From: Octopus sinensis
Taxonomy: Eukaryota
NCBI RefSeq assembly: GCF_006345805.1
Contig: NC_043004.1
Coordinates: 78,740,001 to 78,804,000 of the forward strand
DNA: 64,000 bases
Direction of reading: 5' to 3'
Shown here piece after piece: positions 12,569-25,350 of this stretch (the first letter of the stretch is position 1; each line of letters opens with the position of its first letter). The translations under genes and the position numbers were made by a program. Below the pieces are notes generated by a model. The model made no database searches. It was not told where the DNA came from and worked only from the letters and a program-made list of their open reading frames with translations.

Positions 12569-12919
12569 TGTTACACTTCCAGTGAAGCTGGACTCAAGAG
12601 TCATCTTCGTAGTCATAAAGCGAGACAGATGAGTGACAACCTGGCCACTAGTGGTGGTGTTACACACCATACTAATTATATCTATCAGGCATGTGGAAGA
12701 GAGTTATAATTCGGCAGGAGGACTTAAACGACTTGCAAAGGTACATGAAGCCCAGTTACAACTACAGCTGGCTATTACTGGTAAAGGTTTTAGTTGCCAA
12801 TTGTGTACAAGACATTGTAGATCTTTAGCTGGGCTAAAAAGTCACATTCGATCACAGCACCAATAACAGTTAAGCTTCGTGCAATGGCCATACTCGATAA
12901 TGAGGGAGCAGCCATCATA
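12569..12919 (+). mobile_element. 3' fragment of an RTE-clade LINE with C-terminal C2H2-like zinc-finger repeats
   Basis: ..[16 protein letters not shown]/(frameshift)YNSAGGLKRLAKVH, CQLCTRHCRSLAGLKSHIRSQH*; RTE-style 3' UTR CATACTCGATAATGAGGGAGCAGCCATCAT running into an (ATGT)n tail. Confidence 0.7.
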
Positions 12920-12963
12920 TGTATGTATGTATATATATGTATGTATATATGTATACATATATA

Positions 12964-13295
12964 CATGGCTCAGCGGTTAGAGCGTCGAGCTTACGATCGT
13001 GAGGTTGTGAGCTCGAATCCCGGACCGGGCTGCGTGTTGTGTTCTTGAGCAAGGCACTTTATTTCATGTTGCTCCAGTTCACTCAGCTGTAGAAATGAGT
13101 TGTGACGTCACTGGTGCCAAGCTGTATCGACCACTGTCTTTCCCTTGGATAACACTGGTGGCATGGAGAGGGGAGGCTGGTATGCATGGGCGACTGCTGG
13201 TCTTCCATAAACAACCTCGCCCGGACTTGTGTCTAGGAGGGTAACTTTCTAGGTGCAATCCCATGGTCTGTGTCGTGACCGAAGGGGGTCTCCGA
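12964..13295 (+). mobile_element. tRNA-derived SINE with an RTE-5'UTR-like 3' half
   Basis: GGCTCAGCGGTTAGAGCG A box, GCTCGAATCCC B box, CORE-like segment; 13115-13290 resembles 29660-29770. Confidence 0.75.
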
Positions 13296-13987
13296 TATAT
13301 ATGTATGTATATATGTATATATATGTATTTATATATGTATATATATGTATGTATTTATATATGTATATATATGTATGTATTTATATATGTATATATATGT
13401 ATGTATTTATATATGTATATATGTATGTATTTATATATGTATATATGTATGTATTTATATATGTATATATATGTATGTATTTATATATGTATATATATGT
13501 ATGTATTTATATATGTATATATATGTATGTATTTATATATGTATATATATGTATGTATGTATATATGTATATATATGTATGTATGTATATATGTATATAT
13601 GTATGTATGTATATATGTATATATATGTATGTATGTATATATGTATATATATGTATGTATGTATATATGTATATATATGTATGTATGTATATATGTATAT
13701 ATATGTATGTATGTATATATGTATATATATATGTATATGTATGTATATATGTATGTATATATGTATGTGTATATATGTATGTGTATATATATATGTGTAT
13801 ATATATATGTGTATATATATATGTGTATATATATATGTGTATATATATGTATGTGTATATATATGTGTATATATATATGTATGTGTATATATATGTGTAT
13901 ATATATATGTATGTGTATGTATGTATGTATATATATGTATGTGTATATATGTATGTATGTATATATATGTATGTGTATATATATATA
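13296..13987. repeat. ~690-bp compound (TA/TATG) microsatellite with higher-order periodicity
   Basis: Seen directly; begins at the SINE tail. Confidence 0.95.
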
Positions 13988-16900
13988 ACATTATTTAGTG
14001 TCTGTTTTCCATGCTGGCAGGGGTTGGACTACTGGTTATGTATGTATAAGTGTGTATGTTATGCAAGAATACACACACACACACACACACAACACACAAA
14101 CACACAACTGTGAAAATATGTAAAATTTTCCAAAAGTCTAGCATGTTGTACATATGCACATGTCTAGACCTGTGACTATATGATTGGTATACATACATAA
14201 AACGGAACATACAGACCTGCATATGCACTGACTCCAAATACTTGTGCATATACACACAGTATACTCAACTACTCAGCTGATGTTGAAATTCCAATCAAGG
14301 TGTTATGGATCTTGGTCAGAAACCAGCTCTTTCTCTAGTAGCAAGACATTTAGAAACAAAACTAAATAATAGCACGCACGTATGCGTGCACACACACATA
14401 CACACACACGGAGATACATATACAGTGGGCTTCTTTCAGTTTCCCTCTATTAAGTCCACCCACAAGGCCTTGGTTGGCCAGAGGCTATTGCTGAAGATAC
14501 TTGTTCAAGGTGCCATGCAGAGGGACTGAACTTGGAACTATGTGATTGTGAAGCAAACTTCTTACCATACATCCACACGTGCACCCATATTATATAATTT
14601 ACATTTTAATTTGAACTGTTGATCCCCCAAAATAACTTGATGAGGGATATTTGGTTATAAAGCAATCTTTTACATGCAGTGGGAATTACATGTAAGGTAA
14701 ATTAAGAATTCTTTTGGATTTGAAGCTGGCGATAATTAAAAAAAACCAAATGCATGACTGGACAAAAGAGACCTTTAACTTTTACTCTTATTCTACTAAA
14801 TACCCAATTTGAAAATGCCATTAATTAAAAATGATGAATCATATATCAGAGAGAGCGAGAGAGAAAAGATTTTGTAAGAGGAAACAGAATATTGGATTAC
14901 ATTTTGTACTGAATGAACATTGTTATATCTGTTTTACTGTTTTCGGGTGAAATATTATATGAAATGGAAGTTGCCAATTTAAACCTTGAAACAACTGTTT
15001 TGTTGTGTGTTGAGAGAGTGGACTGACTCATGTGCTTGGTTTAACTCAGTGACAGAAATAGCCAACAGCCTTATTTCATGAAGATGTGGCCTGTGGTAAA
15101 ACATGCACCTTGTTATAAAACACTTTCTCCAGTTTAAACTGGGAGACTACTGCGTTTATTAAGATAATCTGTGAATGGTTTGGTTGATTATAGTATTAAG
15201 AGGTGAGAAGTGTGATTGTATTAGTGTCACAAATCTGTGAGGACCTATTTTGACCCTTTGGATACAACCCCACTAAGTCCCACTGTCCTATAAATAGGAC
15301 ACTAAATGAGAACATTAAATAAGCTATATCACATTGTCTCAGTGTATTATTTATAGAACACTGAGTATTTCCATTTCTACTTGAAGTACAGGAGTTTTAA
15401 TAATTATTTTTTTCATTTTAACCTATTTTCAATCATCTGTAAAAATTTATAAGTAATATTCAGAAATTTAAGTACCCTGGGACTTAATGGGTTAAAACCA
15501 CTCTTGGTGTTATGGCACACGTTTCCTGTGGTCTAAATTAAAATCTTCCATCAAAATGGTAACTAAAAGATTTAAGGGATAAAAATTTCCATCAATATTT
15601 CAAAGTTGCTGGTGTTGACTTTGCCTTTCATCCTTCCAGGGTCAATAAAATAAGTACCAGTTATACACTGGGGTCGATGTAATCGATTTACTCCCTCTCC
15701 CAGAATTGCTGGCCTAGTGCCAAAGTTTGAAACCAATATTTCATGCTAATCTATGTTCCAAATACTTTTAATAATGATGAAAATATTTTACTAAATTTTT
15801 CATTATTTTCAAAATTAGTCGAAACATTGACAATTTTCTGTTGATTTGTTCAATAGAATTTGCAACATCTGCTCCAAAAAGTTGTCCTAGTTAATCCTCA
15901 GATCATCCAGTCCTGATCAAGCAGGCTTATGATCAAAGCTATTTCACTTGTGATCATCCTATTCATTCTAATTTTTTTTTTTTTTAATTACTTCATGGGA
16001 AACTTTGTCCAATAGATTTTGTTTTCTTTTTTTCAAGACGTTAGGGCATGATATGGCTGCTTCTTCTGTTCTTTCTGGTACTCTGAGATTTGACTGGATA
16101 GGACTTTTTATTTTTATTCAAATGCTCAAAATTTTAAATGTTTTTAGTTAAATTCTTTGAAAACTTCCAAAACCAAATTGACTTGTGGGTTACTGAAGCA
16201 ACATAATTGATGGGGAGGGGGGATGCAGCTTTGAGATTATTATCAGTGTTATGGTCGTCATCATCATCATTATTTAACATCTGTTAAAGTGATGAGCAGG
16301 CAGAATCGTTAGCATGCCAGGCAAAATGCTTGGTGACATTTTGTTCTTCTTAACGTTCTGAGTTCAAGTTCTACCAAACTTGTCTTTGCCTTTCATCCTT
16401 TCAGGGTCGATGAAATAAGTATCAATTTCACATGAGATCCATGTAATCGACTAACCCTCCTCCCCTCCCCTGAAATTTCAGGCTGTTTTCCTAAAGAAGA
16501 AAGGATTATTTGACATCTATTGGCACGGGTTGAATGGTTTGACAGCATTTAGTGAGTCGGAGGTCTGCGTAGATCTCCAGTGATCCTTCTGGCTTGGTTT
16601 CTACGGATGGGTGCTCTTCATAACGCCTACCACGTCACAATATCTACTGGTTTCTTCTTTTTGTGACACCAGCACTAGTGCAGTCATGAAGTACCTTGCA
16701 AGACAACATTAAAGCAAAACTAACATTGTTGCTGCTGTGACTCACGAGAACAAAGACATTTTTTTTTGCCTTTGTTGTGGCAGGTCATTGTTGTTCACTT
16801 GTTCAAGCATGTGACAAATAAGTGAATGACCTCACTGACAAACATCCCGGGAAGCAAAGTGTTCTTGTAAACCTCAGCAGGGATGATATTTGTCTCGCTC

Positions 16901-17028
16901 CAATATGTATTGTGTTCTTAACACAAGCCTGATTTTATTTCAGACAATTCCACAGCATCATGCCTTCTAACAGCTTATATACATTTAAAATCATACACAG
17001 ATTGCAGCATCTATTGATTGGTTGAAAT

Positions 17029-17289
17029 CAGTGGTTCTCAACCAATTTTTTTTTCCTGTAGATTCCTTTAATTCCTAGTTTATTCAGATGGACCCTTGTA
17101 GTCATTTAATGTTTTAAAAAATCCTGTTACATTTTTAAAATTGAATATTATTCAGAATTGTATAAAAAAAAGTTTGTTGAAATATTTGGCGTATTGGAGA
17201 GGTGTGGTCAATTTACTAAATATAAATTTTAAATTTTAACAATAAAGTCTTATGTGGACCTCCAAAGGCCATATTGTTGAGAAGCACCG
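17029..17289. mobile_element. hAT (Charlie-like) MITE
   Basis: CAGTGGTTCTCAAC ... GTTGAGAAGCACCG termini; 8-bp flanks GTTGAAAT/ATTTAAAT match 6/8. Confidence 0.65.
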
Positions 17290-18272
17290 ATTTAAATGAA
17301 TTTGCCATAAATAACAAAAAAAGTATCTTTTGTCTGTCTGAATGAGATTATAATTCCCCAAATTATGAGTTTGGGAAGTTTAATCTAATGAGATAAACAT
17401 TGGGAACTGCATTTAAATATTGCCCCAGCATGGCCACAGTCCAGTGATTGAATCAAGTAAAAATGATAAAAGAAATACTTAGCAGCATTTCTTCTGGCTT
17501 TGTGTTATGAATTCAAATGCTGCTGAGGTTGACGTTGCCTTTCACCCTTTTGGGCTTGATTAAATAAGTACCAGTTGAAAGGCAGCAAGCTGGCAGAAAT
17601 GTTAGCATGCTGGGTGAAATGCTTTGTGGTATTTCGTGTCTTTACTTTCTGAGTTCAAATTCCGCCAAAGTCAACTTTGCCTTTCATCCTTTCTGGGTTG
17701 ATAAAAAATTAAGTACCAGTTGCATACTGGGGTCGACAGCCTCCCACTCTCTAAAAATTTCGGGCCTTGTGCCTAGAGTAGTAGAGAAAATAAGTACCAG
17801 TTGAGAACTGGGTTAAGATAATTGATTAATTCCTCTCCACAAAATTCCAGGCCTTGTATCTATAGTTGGAAGAATCATCATCTTCATCATCCATTTTAAA
17901 ACATTACAGATTTAATATGATTAATTGGTGTTTTTAAAACCTCATTGAACATGGAGAATTGGTTAAGGAATTCTTGTCAGTAAATGTATCATTTTTCTTG
18001 CCAGACTAAGTTGTTTTAAATTCTCAAGTTCTTTTGATTTAGCTGATAAGGGGCCGGTTATGTACACAAGAGAAAAAACAGTCTTTATTACATATTTGGT
18101 ATCTCTCAGACTGTAGAAAAGTAATGCTGTTGCTTTTCGAAGAAAACAATGATGAATGTTTGGAAAGTGGAATTCTTGCTTCATTTATTTTTCTGCAGAC
18201 TCCACCAGAAAAATGTGAAGTTAAAGAAGCTCGAAGGCAGAGTTTTTTTTCCATTAAAATTAATGAAAGGTG

Positions 18273-18688
18273 CAGGAGTGTCTGTGTGGTAAGTAGCTTG
18301 CTTACCAATCACATGGTTCCAGGTTCAGTCCCACTGCGTAACACCTTGGGAAAGTGTCTTCCTCTATAGCCTCAGGCCGACCAAAGCCTTGTAAGTGGAT
18401 TTGGTAGACGGAAACTGAAAGAAGCCCATCGTATATATGTATATATATGTATGTGTGTGTGTATATGTTTGTGTGTATATGTTTGTGTGTCTGTGTTTGT
18501 CCCCCCAACATAGCTTGACAACCGATGCTGGTGTGTTTACATCCCCGTGACTTAGCGGTTTGGCAAAAGGGACCGATAGAATAAGTTCTAGGCTTACAAA
18601 GAATAAATCCTGGAGTCGATTTGCTCAACTAAAGGTGGTGCTCCAGCATGGCCGCAGTCAAATGAGTGAAACAAGTAAAAGGGTAAAG
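18273..18688 (+). mobile_element. Family B SINE, near full length
   Basis: Matches the family B pattern from end to end. Confidence 0.85.
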
Positions 18689-19128
18689 AGAGAGAGAGAA
18701 AGGATGAATTTGCGTGTGTGTGTGTGTTTGAGATAGATAGATAAATAAATAGAGATGCATTTAAAAAAGTTGCTTAGGTTTGGTGAGGGTCTTTAGAATT
18801 GTCGGTGTAGACGGAGGTTGTTATGTGAGAAGGGAGGATATTTTTAGATGGATGTTGAATACACAAATGGTAAAAATTAGATAAGAGAAATAAATAGAAG
18901 AATTAAAGAAAGAAACAGTTTTCTTTCATATTTATTTGGTTGTTTTTGTTTGCTGTATAAAGTTACTTTTGGTCAGTTTGTTCTGGCAGACACATAACTT
19001 CGAGGCAACTGAGTTGAAGAACTGGGTAAATACTGTTCTAATAATGGTTAATTCTGGATATATTATGAATTCTAGAAGATAGGAGGGAGTTTTTAGTAAG
19101 AGTAAGTTTGTAACTTTGTGCAAGTTAA

Positions 19129-19325
19129 CCCTTTTGATACGATACCAACCAGAAGCCTTGGTTCTATGGTGCAAACTCCTTGTGGAACAATTTTGGTGGA
19201 GAGTTTTAATTTAAATCAAACACCGCCTTAATAACGACAAAGTTATTTTACTAAATTCCTCATTATTTTCAGAATTAATAAAAACAAAAGCAACATGTTT
19301 TAATTGAAATATAGCAACAAAAAGG
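19129..19325. mobile_element. Decayed piggyBac-type MITE
   Basis: TTAA|CCCTTTTGATAC ... GCAACAAAAAGG|TTAA. Confidence 0.6.
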
Positions 19326-20702
19326 TTAAGGAATTTTCTTTATAAGTACTCTTTTAGAGTCTGTTGGCCATAGTAATAGATGCAGTGGCTGGTTGCAGGC
19401 TGTTAGAGAATGTAAAAAAAAGTATGGCTGTCTGCTGCTGCTGCAACAAGTTGGTAGACTAATGTAAAAACCATGTTTTGAAGATTCTTGCTTTGTTTTA
19501 TTTTATTTTTGTGAAAAAGGAAATAATTTTCACTTTGCCTCTCCCGCCTTTTCCACCCTCATCTATTTTCTTTCTTTCATGTTTTCATCCCCTAACACCC
19601 TTTTAAAGTGGGATAGCCCTAGAACCCCTCTTCAGTCCACTTCATTACCCTTATCCCACTGTCTCCCCCTTTCTAACTAATCACTGACACTAATCCCTTC
19701 CTTTCCTTCTCTCCCTTTCATACTTGCTCTTCCAATAATAACTACTCTCTCACCCAATCCCACCCTCTCTTAACTATAGATCTCATTTTCCTATTATGCT
19801 TCATTTGCTCTCATCACCTTGTCAAAAATTGTCATACACACATGTTCTCTCACTCCCCTACTCTCTTTCAGTTAGAAGGATCCTTTTAGGACCATTAGTT
19901 GTAAGTTCTTATAACCTCACCAGTGTTGGTGCCACACACACACACACACAAAACAAAACAAAACACATCCAGTAAAGTAGTTGGCAGTAGGAAAGGCATC
20001 TGGCCATAGAAACCATGCCAAAGAGATCCTGGGGCATGACACATCCTCTGACATGTCAGATTCTGTCAAATAATCCTGACTAAACCTTGGTGAACAGGTA
20101 TTATTAAACGATGATGATGCTGTCTCATATTCGCCACTTGACTTGTTGCAAATAGCAGCAAAATCGCCCTCAATTCCCAATACTTGATACCCTCTGTTCA
20201 AAAGTACACTGGATGCTTACAACTGGAACACTACAATAGTAAATCTGCCCAGTCAAGACTAATCTGGTGTTCAGTGACAAGATTGACTTCATTAACTCCA
20301 GCAAATACCTCTGCATGAAGCACCTCTATATATAAAAGGCCAAGTCAAATGTCATGTTTTTGTTAGAAGGTTTTGATTTGCTGTAGGAATTTCCCATATT
20401 CAAGAGGCAGTAGCAGGATATTTAACTTTGCTTTTCACCTGTGGTTGATGAATTATCAGTTAAGGTTAATGGTAGCAACTAACACCTTCCCCTCAAATTA
20501 GCCTAAATTAGAAGCAATAATTTATTCCATGTCCAAATAACCCTGTCATCGTTTTTATTGATGGCTACTTAAAATGTAGTCTACTAATTAATTACTTTCA
20601 TTAAATTTAGCAACTTTTTGCAACATTAAATTTTTGAGACAGGCTAATGTGATAATGTCTTGGATTTTCATGTTTGCCATTATTTCAACCTGTTGATTTC
20701 CA

Positions 20703-20862
<160 letters not shown>

Positions 20863-20978
20863 TTTTATAAGCAGAAGGCACTTGTTCAGCCACGGGATTG
20901 TGATGTGAACTTCTTAACTACATACCAACATGCAATTTATGTCTGTATATAGATAATGCATGTGGTGTAGTAGTTTAA

Positions 20979-21190
20979 CCCTTTTGTTACTGTATTTCTG
21001 TTGAGATGCTCTGTGTTTCTTTTAATTAATTTTAAATATAACAAAGAATTTAGTAAAATAACTTAGCTTAGTGTTAAGAACATAAATTGTGACTGAGGTT
21101 TGGCGGGAGACTTTAATTCAGAACTTTTGAAAACAAGACATTTGTACTACAGAGCCAGAGGCGGTTTCAGCCAGGTTGGTATCGAAAGGG
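20979..21190. mobile_element. piggyBac-type MITE, reverse orientation to 9054
   Basis: TTAA|CCCTTTTGTTAC ... GTATCGAAAGGG|TTAA. Confidence 0.85.
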
Positions 21191-21448
21191 TTAAAAATGT
21201 ATGTATGGTGGTACTGTCTGTTTCAGAGTGTGTTATTAGAAATGGTTGCGTCTAGCTCTTTGGTGAAGAAAGGGAAAAGTGCATGAGACATTTGTGAGCT
21301 AGATTTGATGGAAAAGGGGTCAGAGAAAGTCACATGAGTATATTCTTCACTAGTGTAATCAGGAAGTTTCTGATTCAAGAAAATTGAAATGAATGTTAAC
21401 TACAAGAAGGCAACTTAGCTTAGAGGTTCTCCTGCCAGACACTGGTAA

Positions 21449-21675
21449 CCCTTTCGTTACTGTATTTATTTTGAGATGCTCTGTGTTTCTTTCAATTAAT
21501 TTTAAATACAACAAAGAATTTAGTAAAATAACTTAGTTATTATTAAGCTAGTGTTAGGAACATAAATTGTGACTAAGGTTTGGTGGAAGATTTTAATTAA
21601 AAACTTATGAAACAAGACATTTGTACTACAGAGCCAGAGCCAGAGCCGGTTTCAGGCAGGTTGGTGTCAAAAGGG
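21449..21675. mobile_element. piggyBac-type MITE, same orientation as 20979
   Basis: CCCTTTCGTTAC ... GTGTCAAAAGGG|TTAA. Confidence 0.8.
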
Positions 21676-21689
21676 TTAAAGTACCGTTT

Positions 21690-21900
21690 TTTTCTGTCTG
21701 AAGGTCTCAAGGATATGGAACAACCATCGGTGTGTGTAGTGAGCAAGCACATCTCCATATCGTTAAGTTAATATTGGTGGTCACTGAAGAAGGAGGAAGA
21801 GAGAGAATAGAAGATTTTGCTAAGGATAGAATGCCTGGCTTAAGAGTGATGGCAGAGGCACCGTCTGGACAGGTTGCTTTGTTGTGTTTCAAAGATCACT
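21690..21900 (-). mobile_element. Degenerate LINE reverse-transcriptase N-terminal fragment
   Basis: KHNKATCPDGASAITLKPG resembles the K..KA.GPDG...E.LK.G motif; frameshifted afterwards. Confidence 0.45.
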
Positions 21901-23268
21901 GGCATGTTAGCACTTGACAACTGTGTTGTTGCACACGTGGGCAGAGAAGTGATATTGTGCATATAAACTAAACTAGGTTTTACTATATTAAATATTAAGC
22001 AAACAATATTACTGTGAATCAATAGATATGGGAGAGCAGGAACAGCTGACACTAACTGTAAAGTAATACATGTGTTATGTAAACACTGCAGCTCTGTTTC
22101 AGTTTTGTTATCAATAGAAGCGAGATTATATTTCTAATGTCTATCTGAAATTAATTTATACCTGTTCTTGTGTCTGTTGGCATACATTTCATTCATTTCT
22201 TTTTTTCAAGTCATCATCATCATTTAATGTCCACTTTTCCTAGCTTGCATGGGTTGGACGGAATTTGTCGAGGCAGGTTTTCTATGGATAGAGGTCTTTC
22301 CTGTCACCAACTCTCACCTGTTTCCAACCAAGGTAATGTTTTCTCAAAGCTAGACATGTTTTCCACTGTATGATGATGATGCTTACTTCCAACTATTATA
22401 TGATGTCTGGACAAGAGTAAACACTAATACACACATATGTACGACAGGCTTCTTTTAGTTTCCCTCTACCAAATCCACTCACAAGACTTTGGTCGGTCAG
22501 GGCTATAGCAGAAGACACTCACCCAAGGTGCCATGTAGGTTGGAAAGTCACCTGCTTGGGAAGGAAACTTCTTAGCACATAAAGCGTGATGGGCCACGAT
22601 TGTGGTCATCAGGCACAGGTCGATAGGCTAGCCCAGATAGATGCATTTAATTTATGGGCATTTGTTTGGATCTAATGTCACTCAAACACTCTGATACCTC
22701 CTAGAATGCAAGTGTGCATGGTAGTCTCATTTTCATAAAATGTACTCAGCAGTCCATGCTATGTAAGTGCAAATCCCAGCGCTTTAGGGGTTCGTTGCAA
22801 AGCAACTTCTGTTCCTCCTCCTCATCATCATTGTTTAACATCTGCTTTCCAGCTGGCATGGGTTAGATGGTTTGACTGAGAACTAGCAAGCTGGGAGGCT
22901 GCACCAGGTTCCAGTCTGATCTGGTAAGGTTTCTACAGCTGGATGCCCTTCCTAACATCAACCACTCTGAGATTGTAGTGGGTGCTTTTTTGTCACCAGC
23001 ACAGGAGCCAATCAGATGATAAAAAAGAAAAAGAAAACACACACAAAACTAACAATTTTAAGGAGTTAATATTTAAATTAAACTTTCCCTCATAAGTTTG
23101 TCTAAGCATCAACTTAACATTCATTGATACAAAATCCATCCATTCTAAAATGTTTATATTTAATCCAAAACTTCAATTACAATTTTATATAAGAGTTAAT
23201 TAATTATGCTTCATGCACCAATATTAATTATTGTATAGAATATTTCCAGATGGTTCTTTTATATTTTT

Positions 23269-23645
23269 TTATTCTTTCAGTCATTAGACTGTGACCATGC
23301 TGAGGCACCATCTTGAAGGGTTTTCTCAAACAAATCGACCCCAGTAGTGCTTATTTTTTAAAGTGTGGTACTTATTCCATCAGTCTCTATTGATGGACTG
23401 TTAAGTTATAGGGATGTAAACAAAATGACACCAGTTGACAAGCAGTGGTGGGGAAGGAACATGAACACAGAGACACATACATACACACACACATGTGGCA
23501 AGCTTCTTTCAGTTTCCATCTACCAAATCTGCTCACAAGGCTTTGGTTGGCCTGGGGCTATAGTTGAAGACATTTGCCCCTTGGTGCCATGTAATGGAAC
23601 CATTTGGTGGGGAAGCATACCTCTTACCACACAGCTATGCTTGGC
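23269..23645 (-). mobile_element. Family B SINE
   Basis: Reverse complement of family B. Confidence 0.75.
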
Positions 23646-23741
23646 AAGAGTTCTGTGCTGGTGCCATGTAAAAGTATTTGTGGTGGTATCACATTAAAAG
23701 CACCCAGCACACACTGTAAAGTGGTTGGCGTTAAGAAGGAT

Positions 23742-23899
23742 CAGGGCTGTGGAATTGGAGTTGTGGAGTCGGAGTCGGTAAAATATCCACAATCACTTAA
23801 TTACATAGAGGAATCGGAGGTGCCAATAGTAGGGGAGTCAGAGGTGCCAATAGTAGAGGAGTCAGAGTCAAGGATTTTTGTTTTGACTCCACTGCCCTG
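23742..23899. mobile_element. hAT-type MITE (158 bp) inserted in an RTE-related retroposon
   Basis: TIRs CAGGGCTGTGGA/ACTCCACTGCCCTG; 8-bp flanks AGAAGGAT/GGAAGAAT; internal GAGTCGG and GAGGTGCCAATAGTAG repeats. Confidence 0.75.
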
Positions 23900-24041
23900 G
23901 GAAGAATATCCAGCTGTAGAAACCAAACTAAATCAAACTGGAACCTGGTGCAGCTCTTCTACTTGCCAACTCTGGTGGACCTATCCAATCCATTCCAGCA
24001 TGGAAAATGGATGTTAAAGGATGATAATGATGATGGCACCA

Positions 24042-24085
<44 letters not shown>

Positions 24086-24481
24086 TTCTGCAATGGTTTT
24101 GGGTAAGCAGCATCGATTTTTACAGTTCTATAAATAATAATAATAATAATAATTACCAAAAAGACACGTAAAAGACACCATTCGAGTGTGATTGTTACCA
24201 GCATCACCTTACTGGCACCTGTGCTGGTTGCATGTGTAAAAGATTCGAGCAAGGTCGTTGCCAGTACTGCCTGACTGGCCCCGTGCCGGTGTTACGTAAA
24301 AGCGCTCACTACACTCTCGGAGTGGTTGGCGTTAGGAAGGACATCCAGCTGTAGAAACTCTGCCAGATCAAGATTGAAGCCTGGTGCAGCCATCTGGTTG
24401 GCCAGCCCTCAGTCATTCGTCCAACCCATGCTAGCATAGAAAGTGGACGTTAAATGAATAATAATAATAATAATAAAATTG

Positions 24482-24730
24482 TTTTAGAAGCTTAAAGCTT
24501 ATAAATGATCACTTTGCAATGACTAAAGAAAATAGTCTGATAATGACAGAAAAAAAGTAGTTTGGTGTAAAAGACTAGCACACTTGTCTTGAAAACAAAG
24601 AGATGTGGGTTCAAGTCCCACGTGTATGGGAAACCCTACTTTTTTCTGTCAGGGGCTTATATGCTTCATTATTAGACTATTTCCTTTAGTCATTGCATGG
24701 TGATCGCTTAAAAGCTCTAAGCTTATAAAA
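24482..24730. repeat. Inverted repeat (79/95-bp arms) with a tRNA-like loop
   Basis: 24482-24560 pairs with 24636-24730; the loop holds D, anticodon and T arms. Confidence 0.85.
24555..24645 (+). pseudogene. tRNA-like sequence (anticodon loop CT-TGA-AA; resembles tRNA-Thr(UGU)); probably non-functional or element-borne
   Basis: D stem GTGT/GCAC, anticodon stem TTGT/ACAA, 5-nt variable loop, T arm GTGGG-TTCAAGT-CCCAC; D-loop GG missing; acceptor stem irregular. Confidence 0.55.
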
Positions 24731-24939
24731 TACTAATATATAAAAGTGAGTGTGGAGGGGTATATTATCCAGGTGGCTACTATATTAGCTCCCAATTAAG
24801 TTCCAGTTAATGGCTAACCACAACGATCAGTATCTAACATCTGTGACTTCCAATGGTTAATTCCATGGTAGGTCATTATAATATGTTGTATATAACTATA
24901 AAATAAATTTTGTGGATGTACAAGTCTCTATCACTTACG

Positions 24940-25245
24940 ATGCCGAGGGTTCCAGTTGATACAATCAACGGAACAGCTTGCTTGTGAGATTGATGTGCAA
25001 GTGGCTGGGTACTCCATAGACATGTGTACCCCTTCACATACTTCTTAGAGAGATTCAGCGTGACACATAGTGACAAGGCTGGTCCCTTGAAATACAAATA
25101 CAACTCATTTTGGCCAGCTGAGTGGGCTGGAGCAACGGGAAATAAAGTGTCTTGCTTAAGGACACAACATGCTGCCAGGAATTGAACTCGCAACCTTACG
25201 ATCGTGAGCTGAATACCCTAACCACTAAGCTACGTGCCTTCACAA
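24940..25245 (-). mobile_element. Family A SINE
   Basis: Reverse complement of the 213-520 type. Confidence 0.75.
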
Positions 25246-25350
25246 TATTATATATATATATATTCAAATAAGACCTCTTTCTGAAGCAAATTCAAAGCAA
25301 CTGTATTTCACAAATAAAAACCCAACAAACCCATTATTCTGTTGCTTTTA

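Noticed and set aside
12633-12866. Host C2H2 zinc-finger gene
   Set aside because: Frameshifted, no splice context, no TGEKP linkers, and followed by an RTE-type 3' UTR and tail
12964-13035. tRNA genes at SINE heads (also 213-280 and 58720-58780)
   Set aside because: They continue directly into SINE bodies, with no acceptor stem or terminator
12131-14113. Long ORFs rich in Y/I/M/C/V or H/T (up to 286 aa), also at 34.8-35.2 kb, 41.1-41.8 kb, 49.1-49.4 kb, 58.6-59.4 kb
   Set aside because: Translations of (TA)/(TATG)/(CA) microsatellites that lack stop codons; not proteins
17963-18369. Overlapping ORFs with plausible splice-like sites; similar weak candidates at 16810-16940, 19358-19461 and 3260-3290
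   Set aside because: No recognisable protein family, no consistent exon chain, and partly running into SINEs
23604-24017. 137-aa ORF with ESEVPIV repeats
   Set aside because: A chimera of SINE, family D and hAT-MITE sequence
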